Below, in pieces: positions 8,380-17,181 of a DNA stretch of 26,861 bases (positions are counted from its first letter, which is position 1; each line of letters opens with the position of its first letter). A program made the position numbers and the translations under genes. The notes below the pieces were generated by a model, which did no database searches, was not told where the DNA came from, and was given only the letters and a program-made list of their open reading frames with translations. Origin of the DNA: a virus (Duplodnaviria; Caudoviricetes); IMG/VR virus record IMGVR_UViG_3300026123_000025, positions 1 through 26,861 of that record. The stretch is one strand, 5' to 3'.

Positions 8380-8395
8380 TTATGTTCGTATTTAA
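8380..8395. promoter_or_regulatory. 16-bp pseudo-palindromic motif TTATGTTCGTATTTAA (copy 1)
   Basis: 15/16 identical to 13372-13387; both lie upstream of late promoters. Confidence 0.5.
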
Positions 8396-8402
8396 TTATT
8401 AT

Positions 8403-8410
8403 CATAAATA
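8403..8410 (+). promoter_or_regulatory. Late promoter CATAAATA, 5 nt before ATG (leaderless)
   Basis: CATAAATA-ACTAC-ATG; no SD sequence. Confidence 0.6.
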
Positions 8411-8415
8411 ACTAC

Positions 8416-8844
8416 ATGGAAGACCAGATAATTACACTGATACACCAAGTACAAAACAACCGAAACAGTATTTGGACTTTTTACATCGTTATCATGTCTA
8501 CTGCATTTGGTATTGCGTTTACTGATAACTATCAGAAACTATCAGTGTGGGTTCGTATTCTTTTGACTCTAGGTGTTGGAGCAGCCGTTTGGTATAACTT
8601 CTTTGCGCTTATTGGTAACACACTTCAACTACAACAACTAGTTGAAATAGCAAAGACTATATTTGATTCTGATCACCCATTCCATAAGATATTTGACCGA
8701 GCAACACTCAATCCAATCTATATACATTTTGTGTATATTCCCGTAAACTTATCACTACTTGTGGCTATGTGGTGGGGTACATGTGTTAAAACCGTCGATA
8801 CCATATCAACGAAAATTAAATTACGGCATTCTAGTAAGTGTTGA
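8416..8844 (+). CDS. Small membrane protein (about 3 TM segments)
   Basis: Hydrophobic stretches IWTFYIVIMSTAFGIAF, ILLTLGVGAAVWYNFFALI, IYIHFVYIPVNLSLLVAMWW. Confidence 0.7.
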   Translation: MEDQIITLIHQVQNNRNSIWTFYIVIMSTAFGIAFTDNYQKLSVWVRILLTLGVGAAVWYNFFALIGNTLQLQQLVEIAKTIFDSDHPFHKIFDRATLNPIYIHFVYIPVNLSLLVAMWWGTCVKTVDTISTKIKLRHSSKC

Positions 8845-8869
8845 TTTATCACTTGTTTTATAATATAAT
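8841..8869 (+). promoter_or_regulatory. Sigma70-like promoter TTGATT-N17-TATAAT
   Basis: -35 at 8841-8846 and -10 at 8864-8869, upstream of 8910. The region is AT-rich, so a chance match is possible. Confidence 0.5.
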
Positions 8870-8909
8870 TACTAAATAGTATTAATCACATACTATTAAG
8901 GAATCACAT

Positions 8910-10577
8910 ATGCGTACTGAGATTAAAGAATTTTTAGAATCTATTGCGCCAAAATGGCGATCAAGAAAAATTAAAGAGAATTCTGAATATGTTGAATGGA
9001 TAGCAGAAAAGTATCCATCATACAACTTAAATGAAGGTATTGCTTTCATTCTACAAGACTTGGATTCTGAACCGTTGTGTCCTATATGTTCAGGAAAATT
9101 GAACGATATCCGCAAGACCACATGCTCATACTCATGCTCGGCAGCCCTACTGAGACAAAATGGAACTTACAACGAACGAAACGAAAAAGCAAAAGCCACA
9201 ATGATAAAAAAGTATGGAACTGAGAATCCATTCTCTCATCCCGACATAGTACAAAAACGCCACAGCACTATGATGGACAGATACGGAATGCTAGTTAGTT
9301 CCAAGTCACTGGATAGTATTAAAAATCGCGCATCAGACTTAAATACGAAAGGAAGAAAAACTCTCAAAGAAAAATACGGCGTAGATAATCCATCACAATT
9401 GCCCGATCACCAGGCGAAAGTTAAACAATCGCTACTTGACCGATACGGTGTTGAGCATTATGCGCTATCCGACGAAGCAAGAGCAAAATCGTTAAAAAAG
9501 AAATTAGATGTATATGAAAAACTAGCACTAGATCGTGTACACATTGATTCTATTGTTGATCCGAGTCAAAAAAAGTTAGATACATACGACAATCCCAACT
9601 CTATTGTGGCATTCACATGTAATGATTGCGGTATATCAGAATCTCTACCGAGCGAAACATTCAAGTATAGGGCAAGAAATTTTGGTACACCATGCGGAGT
9701 ATGTTGTGGGTCTTCAACAAAAGGAAGTGCAGCAGAAAAAGAAATAGTAGATTATGTTAAATCAATTTATAACGGCACGGTATTAGAAAATGACCGGACT
9801 GTTATTGCGCCTAAAGAACTAGATATCGTCCTTCCAGAATTAGAAGTAGCAATTGAGTACTGCGGTTTATATTGGCACAATGATATACGTAAAGATAAAA
9901 AATACCATCACGAAAAACTATTACTCGCCAGAGAACAAGGATACCAACTTATTACCATATTTGAGGACGAGTGGATACACAAAAAAAATATCGTAAAAGC
10001 AAGATTAAAACACAAATTGGTATTAGACACAGAACAAAAAATTTATGCCAGAAAATGCATTGTACAAGAGATAGACGCCAGTACAGCCAAAAATTTCGTT
10101 GATAACAATCATATTCAAGGATATGTCAACTCAAAATACAAATTAGGCTTATATCATAATGATGAACTTGTAAGTGTAATGTGCTTTTCAAAATCAAACG
10201 CTAGTAAAGGAAATAGTAATGGTTTGGAACTAACTCGTTTTTGTGTCCACAAAGATAAAAGTGTTGTGGGGGCTGCGGGAAAACTATTCAAGTATTTTAT
10301 TAATAACTTTGACTACAATGAAATCTTCAGTTATTCCGATTTGCGTTGGAATACCGGCAACGTATACAAACAGATTGGGATGAAGTTTGACAAGTTTACA
10401 GGCGTAAATTACTGGTACACCGATACAAAATTGTGTATTAGAAAACATAGATACTCATTAAGAAAAAACAAATCAGATAACCAATCATTGACTGAATGGG
10501 AAAACAGAAAACTTCAAGGATATGACAGAATATGGGATTGCGGTAACGAAAAGTATATATGGAAAAGGGACGAATAA
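8910..10577 (+). CDS. Hef-like homing endonuclease: Zn ribbons, KYG repeats, Vsr-like nuclease and C-terminal Mom/GNAT-like domain
   Basis: CPIC/CSYSC and CNDC/CGVC; four K/RYGxxN/H-like repeats; ELDIVLPELEVAIEYCGLYWH; ARKC...NHIQG...ELTRFC...GAAGKLFKYF...SYSDLRW. Lies in opposite orientation between tube and sheath. Confidence 0.75.
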   Translation: MRTEIKEFLESIAPKWRSRKIKENSEYVEWIAEKYPSYNLNEGIAFILQDLDSEPLCPICSGKLNDIRKTTCSYSCSAALLRQNGTYNERNEKAKATMIKKYGTENPFSHPDIVQKRHSTMMDRYGMLVSSKSLDSIKNRASDLNTKGRKTLKEKYGVDNPSQLPDHQAKVKQSLLDRYGVEHYALSDEARAKSLKKKLDVYEKLALDRVHIDSIVDPSQKKLDTYDNPNSIVAFTCNDCGISESLPSETFKYRARNFGTPCGVCCGSSTKGSAAEKEIVDYVKSIYNGTVLENDRTVIAPKELDIVLPELEVAIEYCGLYWHNDIRKDKKYHHEKLLLAREQGYQLITIFEDEWIHKKNIVKARLKHKLVLDTEQKIYARKCIVQEIDASTAKNFVDNNHIQGYVNSKYKLGLYHNDELVSVMCFSKSNASKGNSNGLELTRFCVHKDKSVVGAAGKLFKYFINNFDYNEIFSYSDLRWNTGNVYKQIGMKFDKFTGVNYWYTDTKLCIRKHRYSLRKNKSDNQSLTEWENRKLQGYDRIWDCGNEKYIWKRDE

Positions 10578-10589
10578 TCGTCCCTTTTT
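10563..10589. terminator. Bidirectional intrinsic terminator between the convergent Hef-like and sheath genes
   Basis: AAAAGGGACGA-ATAA-TCGTCCCTTTTT, overlapping the last codons of 8910..10577. Confidence 0.85.
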
Positions 10590-10608
10590 GTTAGTTGAAT
10601 TAATTATC

Positions 10609-13287
10609 TTACGATAATGATTCGCCTGTATTACGAATACGCAGTGGAATGTAGATAAATTCAACCGATTTCACCGGCTGGATTGCCACGTCCACCCACA
10701 ACTCGTTTCTATCTACTCGTGCTGGAGTATTATTCGTTTCGTCACATACAACCAAGAAATCGTATAGCGCGCGTTGCGATACTAGGTTACCACAGAAACG
10801 TTCAACTGCATCACGAATGTTATCACGAGTGATACGGTCGTTCTGTTCGAACAAGAATCCACGAGATAGTAGATCCAAGTTGTAACGCATGTAGTTCACT
10901 AGACGAGCCACATTCACACGGTCAAGAGCAGATGCGAAACCTTGTAGAGTTTTCTGTCCGTAAACGACTAGACCTTGGTTTGGCAAATCAGCAATTGGGT
11001 TCATACGATTAGTGTATAAAACGTCACGCTGACCTTCGCTTAGACGAACACGAACGAATTCGTTTTCATCGTTTACGTAACCAACTTGTGAAGCGTTTGA
11101 TACAACACCACGAGTCAGACCTGCTGGTGCAAACCATGGGTAAGATACTTGGTCAGAGAATGCTACGGTGCGTAGAGCAATAGCAGACGATGGCATTACA
11201 ACATCGTTACCTTCAAGGTCAGTAGACAGACCGTGTGGGTAGTAAACTGCCGCATAAGTTTCACCAGTTAGACTATCCTGAGCCCAATTCTGTAGACCAG
11301 TAGAGTCATCACTTAGAGTTAGTGGTGCATCACCAATAACAAAAGCGATTTCTTTCTTGTCTTTGTTTAGACCAATCATTTCGTCCATTAGTTCAGGGTA
11401 ACCAGGAGCAGAAATCAAGTTGAAGTAAGTGGCTTCAGCACGAATGCCTTCATTGCCTGCTACCGCCGCTTGCATTGCTTCTACTACCATACCACGAACA
11501 GCACGATCACCGAAACGACCAGAACCGTCCAATTCAACACCTGATACCCATACCCACTTACCGTCAATGTATTGCTTAACGTTGTAAGTAGTGTAATCCA
11601 TGTTAACCATTAGAATGTTTTCTGGTAGTAGTTCAGGATTTGCAGTGTCAGGATGAATGTCACGAGATACAGGAGTACCTGTTTCATCGAATGGAGCATC
11701 ATGTGAGTAGTTAGAGAAAATAACACCGTTAACAGATGATTGGTCAGCGTTATCTAGTTTAACCCACTGTGAGCCGTTCCATACGTGAATTTCTGGGTAA
11801 GGGTTAGAATCGCTATCTACCCAAACGTCACCTTGTACTAGAGGACTTAGACCATCTTTGCGTGTTGTTGGCATTGCACTACGTAGTTGTAGTTCTGCCT
11901 GCGCAGCACCTAAAGAATCTTCAGACCAAGCGTATGGTACCCATTGTAATACGCCACCGGTGTATTCGTTACGTAGTAGTTCAACTTTTAGGTCAGCATC
12001 GAACCATAGTGCGCCTTCTTCTATTTCGCCTTTTGGTACTTCAGTCTCAGCGACATAAGAAAGATTTTCCCAAACACTAACAGAGTTTAGTGACACAGCG
12101 AAGCCCATGCTTGCTCTACCAGAAGCAAAATCAATGTTTAGTTCTAGACCGTCTGTGCGTGTGAAACGTACACGGTTAGTACCAATCTTCTCAATACGTA
12201 CATTTTGTGCGTTAAGTTGAGGATTCGCTTGCATTTGTGAAATAACTGCGTCTAGTGTAGCGTTAGTGAAAACGAATTGCACACCTTCAACAGAAAAATC
12301 AGCAGTGATATCACCAATGTTAGGTACCACATTGGAAGTTATTGACGTTTGTGTTAGACCAGTATGACGGCGGATTTCAACGAACCCTAGTGTATCGTTG
12401 TAACGTACATAGATATCGTTTTGATCTTGTAGTACCGCACTTGCTTGGTCATCTAGCATATAAATTGGTGCTTGTACACCTGTGAAGTAACCTAGAGCAG
12501 AACTGTAGTAACTTACATTAAGGTCTAAACCGCCACCTTGTGCTGTTAGACGAACATATACATCACCGTCAGATGGTAGTGTAACACCGTCAGACTTAGT
12601 AGTTGGAGCAAAAGCGTTGAACTGGAAGTCACTCACAGAACCGTCGCCTAGTAGAACCCAACTTGTGTTTTCTTTTATATAGTAACCAATACGGTCAACT
12701 GATGTAACAACAGCAATATCTCCTGCTGATCCATAAGAATCAACTGGTGCTGCCAAACCATCGAATACGTTTTCTACATTTCCTGTTCCTGGTTCATCTG
12801 TTAGAACGAGTGGTTCTTTTTTGACCCAAACGCCTGCTTCGTATTGGAAAATACCAAAGTCAGAAGTAGCAACATTGTGCCAGTATGTACCGTCAACTAC
12901 TTCACCTGCTGGTTCAACAGATGTAGGTTGTAGTTCTGCTAGATCGATATCAGCGCGTAGAATGTAAGCATTGCTTGAAACACCTAGGTATTGGTAAGCG
13001 GCCAATAGACCGTATTCATTAAATTCAGATCCTTGTACAACTGAACCACCTACTTGATAAAATTTTGGTACACCAAAAGTTTCAACTAGTTCTCGTTGTG
13101 AGGATACTAAGTAAGCAACACCAGCGTTAGCAGGAATAGTTCCTGGAGCAATAGAAGTGCCAGAGGCATCTAGTTTATTACTCGCTGTTGCTACTACGAT
13201 TAGAGGTAGGGTGCCTTGGGTTGCAGCCGCGTATTGTGATTCATCTACAACTGTTACCGATACACCCGGTGATACTAAAGTAGCCAT
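10609..13287 (-). CDS. gp18: Contractile tail sheath protein (gp18-like)
   Basis: MATLVSPGVSVTVVDES, ELVETFGVP, PWFAPAGLTRG, RDVLYTNRMNPI, YGQKTL...SALDRVNVARL, FEQND..TR, VVCDETNNTPARVDRNEL, IQPVKSVEFIYI. Confidence 0.96.
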   Translation of the reverse strand: MATLVSPGVSVTVVDESQYAAATQGTLPLIVVATASNKLDASGTSIAPGTIPANAGVAYLVSSQRELVETFGVPKFYQVGGSVVQGSEFNEYGLLAAYQYLGVSSNAYILRADIDLAELQPTSVEPAGEVVDGTYWHNVATSDFGIFQYEAGVWVKKEPLVLTDEPGTGNVENVFDGLAAPVDSYGSAGDIAVVTSVDRIGYYIKENTSWVLLGDGSVSDFQFNAFAPTTKSDGVTLPSDGDVYVRLTAQGGGLDLNVSYYSSALGYFTGVQAPIYMLDDQASAVLQDQNDIYVRYNDTLGFVEIRRHTGLTQTSITSNVVPNIGDITADFSVEGVQFVFTNATLDAVISQMQANPQLNAQNVRIEKIGTNRVRFTRTDGLELNIDFASGRASMGFAVSLNSVSVWENLSYVAETEVPKGEIEEGALWFDADLKVELLRNEYTGGVLQWVPYAWSEDSLGAAQAELQLRSAMPTTRKDGLSPLVQGDVWVDSDSNPYPEIHVWNGSQWVKLDNADQSSVNGVIFSNYSHDAPFDETGTPVSRDIHPDTANPELLPENILMVNMDYTTYNVKQYIDGKWVWVSGVELDGSGRFGDRAVRGMVVEAMQAAVAGNEGIRAEATYFNLISAPGYPELMDEMIGLNKDKKEIAFVIGDAPLTLSDDSTGLQNWAQDSLTGETYAAVYYPHGLSTDLEGNDVVMPSSAIALRTVAFSDQVSYPWFAPAGLTRGVVSNASQVGYVNDENEFVRVRLSEGQRDVLYTNRMNPIADLPNQGLVVYGQKTLQGFASALDRVNVARLVNYMRYNLDLLSRGFLFEQNDRITRDNIRDAVERFCGNLVSQRALYDFLVVCDETNNTPARVDRNELWVDVAIQPVKSVEFIYIPLRIRNTGESLS

Positions 13288-13333
13288 TATTTGTCTCTCC
13301 TTTGTTAAATGAGTTAGTTTGAGTACTTACAAC

Positions 13334-13341
13334 TATTTATA
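13334..13341 (-). promoter_or_regulatory. T4 late promoter TATAAATA for sheath
   Basis: Exact consensus upstream of the AAGGAGAG RBS. Confidence 0.8.
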
Positions 13342-13371
13342 CAAATTCAACAAAAAGTGGCATTTTTTTAG

Positions 13372-13387
13372 TTATGTTCGTAGTTAA
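13372..13387. promoter_or_regulatory. 16-bp pseudo-palindromic motif TTATGTTCGTAGTTAA (copy 2)
   Basis: 15/16 identical to 8380-8395. Confidence 0.5.
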
Positions 13388-13417
13388 CCCACGCTTTACT
13401 TTGATATATAGTGCTAT

Positions 13418-14074
13418 CTAAAGCCTTCTATCTATTACTTTATTGACTTCTGATTTTAAATCTTGTAGAGTTCCTTCATTGTAGAACACACGGTCAAAGT
13501 TTTCAATTTTATCGGCCCATGCCCATTCACTTGGATGTATATCTGGGTATTTTTGTTCCATCAATTCTTCGGCATCATACAACTGATAAATTTCATTTTC
13601 AGGACATAAATTTGTTTTTATAGCAGTCATCCACCATTCTGGTAATTCGCCTCTACGAACCCACCAAATTTTGCCTCCTAGATCACGTATCATTTGTATT
13701 TCATTTTTGAATCGTGTATCAGGCAACACAAAATTAGTATTTGGATTTTCTAGTATCTTTTTCTTTACAAGACTAACCCAAACACCATCGTAAAAACCGT
13801 TACGCATACAATCGGTACCAAACAACTGTAAAACAAGTCTCGGACTAACGGGTTTTCCCATTTCGCTTGACCAAAATTCATCAGGCTGTTCACGCCATTC
13901 TCTACTTTCTTTAGTAACACCTTCTAACATCTCCCTATCCCAATCAAAAACAGACGCAATGCCATCTTTGAGTTTGTCAGCGAAAGATATCTTTTCAAAA
14001 CCGTAATCTTCCACTAATATATCGGCAACGGTCCCTTTGCCTGATCCTATTAGTCCGCAAACACCAATTATCAT
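13418..14074 (-). CDS. gp1: Deoxynucleoside monophosphate kinase (T4 gp1-like)
   Basis: IIGVCGLIGSGKGTVA P-loop, SFADKLKD, SPRLVLQLFGTD, DTRFKNE, HPSE. Confidence 0.9.
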   Translation of the reverse strand: MIIGVCGLIGSGKGTVADILVEDYGFEKISFADKLKDGIASVFDWDREMLEGVTKESREWREQPDEFWSSEMGKPVSPRLVLQLFGTDCMRNGFYDGVWVSLVKKKILENPNTNFVLPDTRFKNEIQMIRDLGGKIWWVRRGELPEWWMTAIKTNLCPENEIYQLYDAEELMEQKYPDIHPSEWAWADKIENFDRVFYNEGTLQDLKSEVNKVIDRRL

Positions 14075-14394
14075 AAAATCCTCAGTAGTAAATTGTATAG
14101 AATTATAGTTACTATTGCTCCTAGTACAACACTATACCAGAAACCAATATATTTTATAGTTACTCCTATTATAGCAAAAAATACGAGGCTCGTCAATACA
14201 AAATATATGGTCTCAAATGAGAATTTAGCGAATGTGTTTGCATCTACTCCGCCATAGTACATAAACACCATGGCTAAAAATGATGTAAATGGAATCCCCA
14301 TTAATAAAGCAGCCATAGTAGAACTACGCTGTGCTACTGTTGATACAGTTGCTACTATAATACCACTAATGACTGCTTTGAGTATAAATTCCAT
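14071..14394 (-). CDS. Small 4-TM membrane protein (DUF3147/GlpM-like)
   Basis: KAVISGIIVATVS...AALLMGIPFTSFLAMVFMY; almost entirely hydrophobic; overlaps both neighbours. Confidence 0.65.
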   Translation of the reverse strand: MEFILKAVISGIIVATVSTVAQRSSTMAALLMGIPFTSFLAMVFMYYGGVDANTFAKFSFETIYFVLTSLVFFAIIGVTIKYIGFWYSVVLGAIVTIILYNLLLRIL

Positions 14395-15689
14395 TAACTT
14401 AATTCGAAGATGTATGCTTTACCCGAATAATTACCGGCAGCATCGCCTTCCGCAAATGCACCTACAATTACATGATTGTTCGATATTGCAACAGAACAAC
14501 TAAAATTGTCGTTTACACTGGTACTAAATGCATTAGGATTGTCTAATGTAGCCACTAGGTTGCCAGTAGTAACATCAAATATATATGCTTTGCCCGAATA
14601 CCCAGACCCTGTCAGAGGCTGGTCGTCTTCGCCGTATGCTCCCACGATAGTATAATTACCATCAATCGATACCGAGAATCCAAATCTATCATTGCCACTT
14701 GCACTAAATGCATTCGGATTGTCTAGTGTGTGGAGTAGATTACCGGTAGTCACATCAAATATGTATGCTTTTCCTGAAATAAAACCACCAGTATCGTCTT
14801 CGTAATGTGCGCCTACAATGGCATAATTACCATCAATTGCAACATGCTCGCCAAAATAATCATTGGTACCAGTGTCGTATGCATTCGGATTATCTAATGT
14901 ATGCGCAAGATTGCCAGTAGTTACATCAAAAATGTATGCTTTGCCGGAACTGAAACCCGTGATATCATCTTCATCTCGTGCTCCTACTATTGTATAATTG
15001 CCCGAAACAGATACAGACCAACCGAAAGCGTCTGAAGCACTAGTGCCGTATGCGTTTGGATTGTCTAGTGTGTGTAATAAGTTACCAGTAGTCGTATCAA
15101 AGATATATACTTTACCTGATTGCGTTCCACCATCATCATCCTCGTTATATGCGCTGACGATAGCATATGTGTCATCTATTGCCACTGACCAACCAAATTT
15201 GTCGGCGCCACTAGTGCTATATGCGTTCGGATTATCTAATGTGTGTAGTAGATTACCAGTAGTTACATCAAAAATGTATGCTTTACCTGAACCATCACCG
15301 CTAGCATCGTCTTCCTGAAAAGCACCAACTATCGCATAATTACCCGAAATAGCGACTGAACGACCGAACTGATCACCTGGTGATGTACTATAAGCACTAG
15401 GATTATCTAATGTGTGTATTAAGTTACCAGTCGTAACGTCAACGATATATGCGTTACCAGAATCGTTACCGCCTGCAACATCTTCAAACGGTGCGCCAAC
15501 GATTGCATAATTTCCACTTATGTCAACTACCCATCCAAAATAGTCATTTTGCGATGTACTAAATGTATTAGGGTTATCTATTGTTTTCGTATGTGTCGCA
15601 GTAGTGTATACTTGACCCGCTATGCCACTTGAACTCACAGTTCCAACCGATCTTGTTAAATGTGTATTATTAAATCTTATTTTCGCCAT
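14394..15689 (-). CDS. FG-GAP repeat (7-bladed beta-propeller) protein
   Basis: Seven repeats HTLDNPNAY.T...D.FG.SVAI.GNYAIVGA..EDD.....SGKAYIFDVTTGNL. Confidence 0.85.
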   Translation of the reverse strand: MAKIRFNNTHLTRSVGTVSSSGIAGQVYTTATHTKTIDNPNTFSTSQNDYFGWVVDISGNYAIVGAPFEDVAGGNDSGNAYIVDVTTGNLIHTLDNPSAYSTSPGDQFGRSVAISGNYAIVGAFQEDDASGDGSGKAYIFDVTTGNLLHTLDNPNAYSTSGADKFGWSVAIDDTYAIVSAYNEDDDGGTQSGKVYIFDTTTGNLLHTLDNPNAYGTSASDAFGWSVSVSGNYTIVGARDEDDITGFSSGKAYIFDVTTGNLAHTLDNPNAYDTGTNDYFGEHVAIDGNYAIVGAHYEDDTGGFISGKAYIFDVTTGNLLHTLDNPNAFSASGNDRFGFSVSIDGNYTIVGAYGEDDQPLTGSGYSGKAYIFDVTTGNLVATLDNPNAFSTSVNDNFSCSVAISNNHVIVGAFAEGDAAGNYSGKAYIFELS

Positions 15690-15697
15690 TGGTTAAA

Positions 15698-16438
15698 TTA
15701 TCCTATTGTAAATCCTAATGGTGACGAACCATCAATATAGTTCCTCAAATCTTCTTCTAGTTTCTCTAGTTCTACGTCCGCCTCTTGTTTCATTTCAATA
15801 CCATTTAGTGTGACTGCGCCACCACCGCCTGGTAATGAAGAGAACTTACTACGGGCTTCACCAATCATTTTCTTACATTGTGCTTTAGTATAATCTCTGG
15901 CCCAAGACTTTAAGTATATGTCATCCAGCAATTCATCTTCGCTACGCTCCAAGAATACATGCAGTAACACTATGGTATCGGCTCTCATTCTGCGCATAAG
16001 TTTTAGTTTGCTAGTTCCTGGACGGAAATTGAATCCTATATCAGTTGCTGCTACACGATTCAATGATTCACGGTATTGCGCAAAGAAATCATAAGTTGCG
16101 ATACCACCAATGTGGTTGTTCATAAAGAAGTATGAGTTAGCATATGCTAATTCGAATGGGTCCATATCAACACCGCCCGAGATACCATGGCCAAATGAAC
16201 GATTCCATATTTGTCGCACTTCTACAATTTCAGATGGTAGTGTATATTCGTCTACATCTTCTACTAATTGCAATGCGTAGAAATCTTCTTCAACTGCATT
16301 TTCTGAGCGTTGTCTAATTTTTGATATTGCTAAATCTACGGCTAGGTCATAATGCTCCGGATCTAATTCAATATCAATCATACCGTCACCTAATAATAGG
16401 CGCACTTCCTTGATTAATTTGTTGCGAATATTTGACAT
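15698..16438 (-). CDS. gp13: Neck protein (gp13-like)
   Basis: LLGDGMIDIELDPEHY, YTLP.EIVEVRQI, W.RDY..A.CK..IGEARSKF..LPG.G.VTLNG. Confidence 0.85.
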   Translation of the reverse strand: MSNIRNKLIKEVRLLLGDGMIDIELDPEHYDLAVDLAISKIRQRSENAVEEDFYALQLVEDVDEYTLPSEIVEVRQIWNRSFGHGISGGVDMDPFELAYANSYFFMNNHIGGIATYDFFAQYRESLNRVAATDIGFNFRPGTSKLKLMRRMRADTIVLLHVFLERSEDELLDDIYLKSWARDYTKAQCKKMIGEARSKFSSLPGGGGAVTLNGIEMKQEADVELEKLEEDLRNYIDGSSPLGFTIG

Positions 16439-16468
16439 TGTTGTATTCCTGTTAAAAATATATAATAC

Positions 16469-16476
16469 TATTTATC
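16469..16476 (-). promoter_or_regulatory. Late promoter GATAAATA for gp13
   Basis: Overlaps the TGA stop of the dioxygenase gene. Confidence 0.7.
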
Positions 16477-17176
16477 AATTCTTAATAAAGTCAGTGTTCT
16501 TATCTAACTCTCTAACCCTTAAAACTATATCACTACGCAAAAAATTAACCAACAGCGCACTACGAAAATCATCAGAATTATTAGGCATTGTACTATGTAG
16601 TGTTCTACCATCATAAATTAAAGCATCGCCAGCATGTGCTACAAACTGTTGTCCATTTTCTAGCAACATTTGATTATATTTTGGCACATCACTTATCAAA
16701 TCTTCATGCTTGAATCCCATAGTATGAGAACCTGGCCAGAACATCGTGGCACCATTTTCTACGGTGAAATCGTCTAACGGGATAATCACTTGCAATCCCA
16801 ACACTTCATTCATGTTACGAAACTCTTCCCACTTGTATGGAGTGTCAATGTGTGCAAACATCTTTTCACTTCCCGGACGAGTTGTGATAGTATCTACTAC
16901 ATGAACCTGTGATGGCTTACCATCAAAGAATATATCAGCAATAGGCTGTAACATTAGTTCTACTACTTTCCACATCTCCACTGGCGGCTGTTTAGTCCAC
17001 CATACATTATATAATCTTTTTCCATCATGTTCAGCATAGTACTTACCGTCTACCGCATTACCACGATGTATGTTTTCTGGGTTCATTGCCCATAATCCAA
17101 ACTGATAAACTAGTTGTGGAAGCAAAAAATCTTTCTGTATATAATAACCGTCTTGGTTCAATGATAAATTATTCAT
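16475..17176 (-). CDS. Phytanoyl-CoA dioxygenase-like 2OG-Fe(II) oxygenase
   Basis: DGY near the N-terminus, HxD (AHIDTP), IPLDDFTVENGAT..WPGSH, GDALIYDGRTLHSTMPN.S...R. Start set at MNNLSLNQDGY (17176). Confidence 0.85.
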   Translation of the reverse strand: MNNLSLNQDGYYIQKDFLLPQLVYQFGLWAMNPENIHRGNAVDGKYYAEHDGKRLYNVWWTKQPPVEMWKVVELMLQPIADIFFDGKPSQVHVVDTITTRPGSEKMFAHIDTPYKWEEFRNMNEVLGLQVIIPLDDFTVENGATMFWPGSHTMGFKHEDLISDVPKYNQMLLENGQQFVAHAGDALIYDGRTLHSTMPNNSDDFRSALLVNFLRSDIVLRVRELDKNTDFIKN

Positions 17177-17181
17177 ACTCT

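Noticed and set aside
8380-8395. CtrA box (TTAA-N7-TTAA) or alphaproteobacterial LexA box
   Set aside because: Half-site spacing and sequence do not fit either consensus.
8875-8897. 8-bp hairpin AATAGTAT/ATACTATT before the Hef-like gene as an RBS lock
   Set aside because: It is AT-rich and weak, and ends before the AAGGA RBS.
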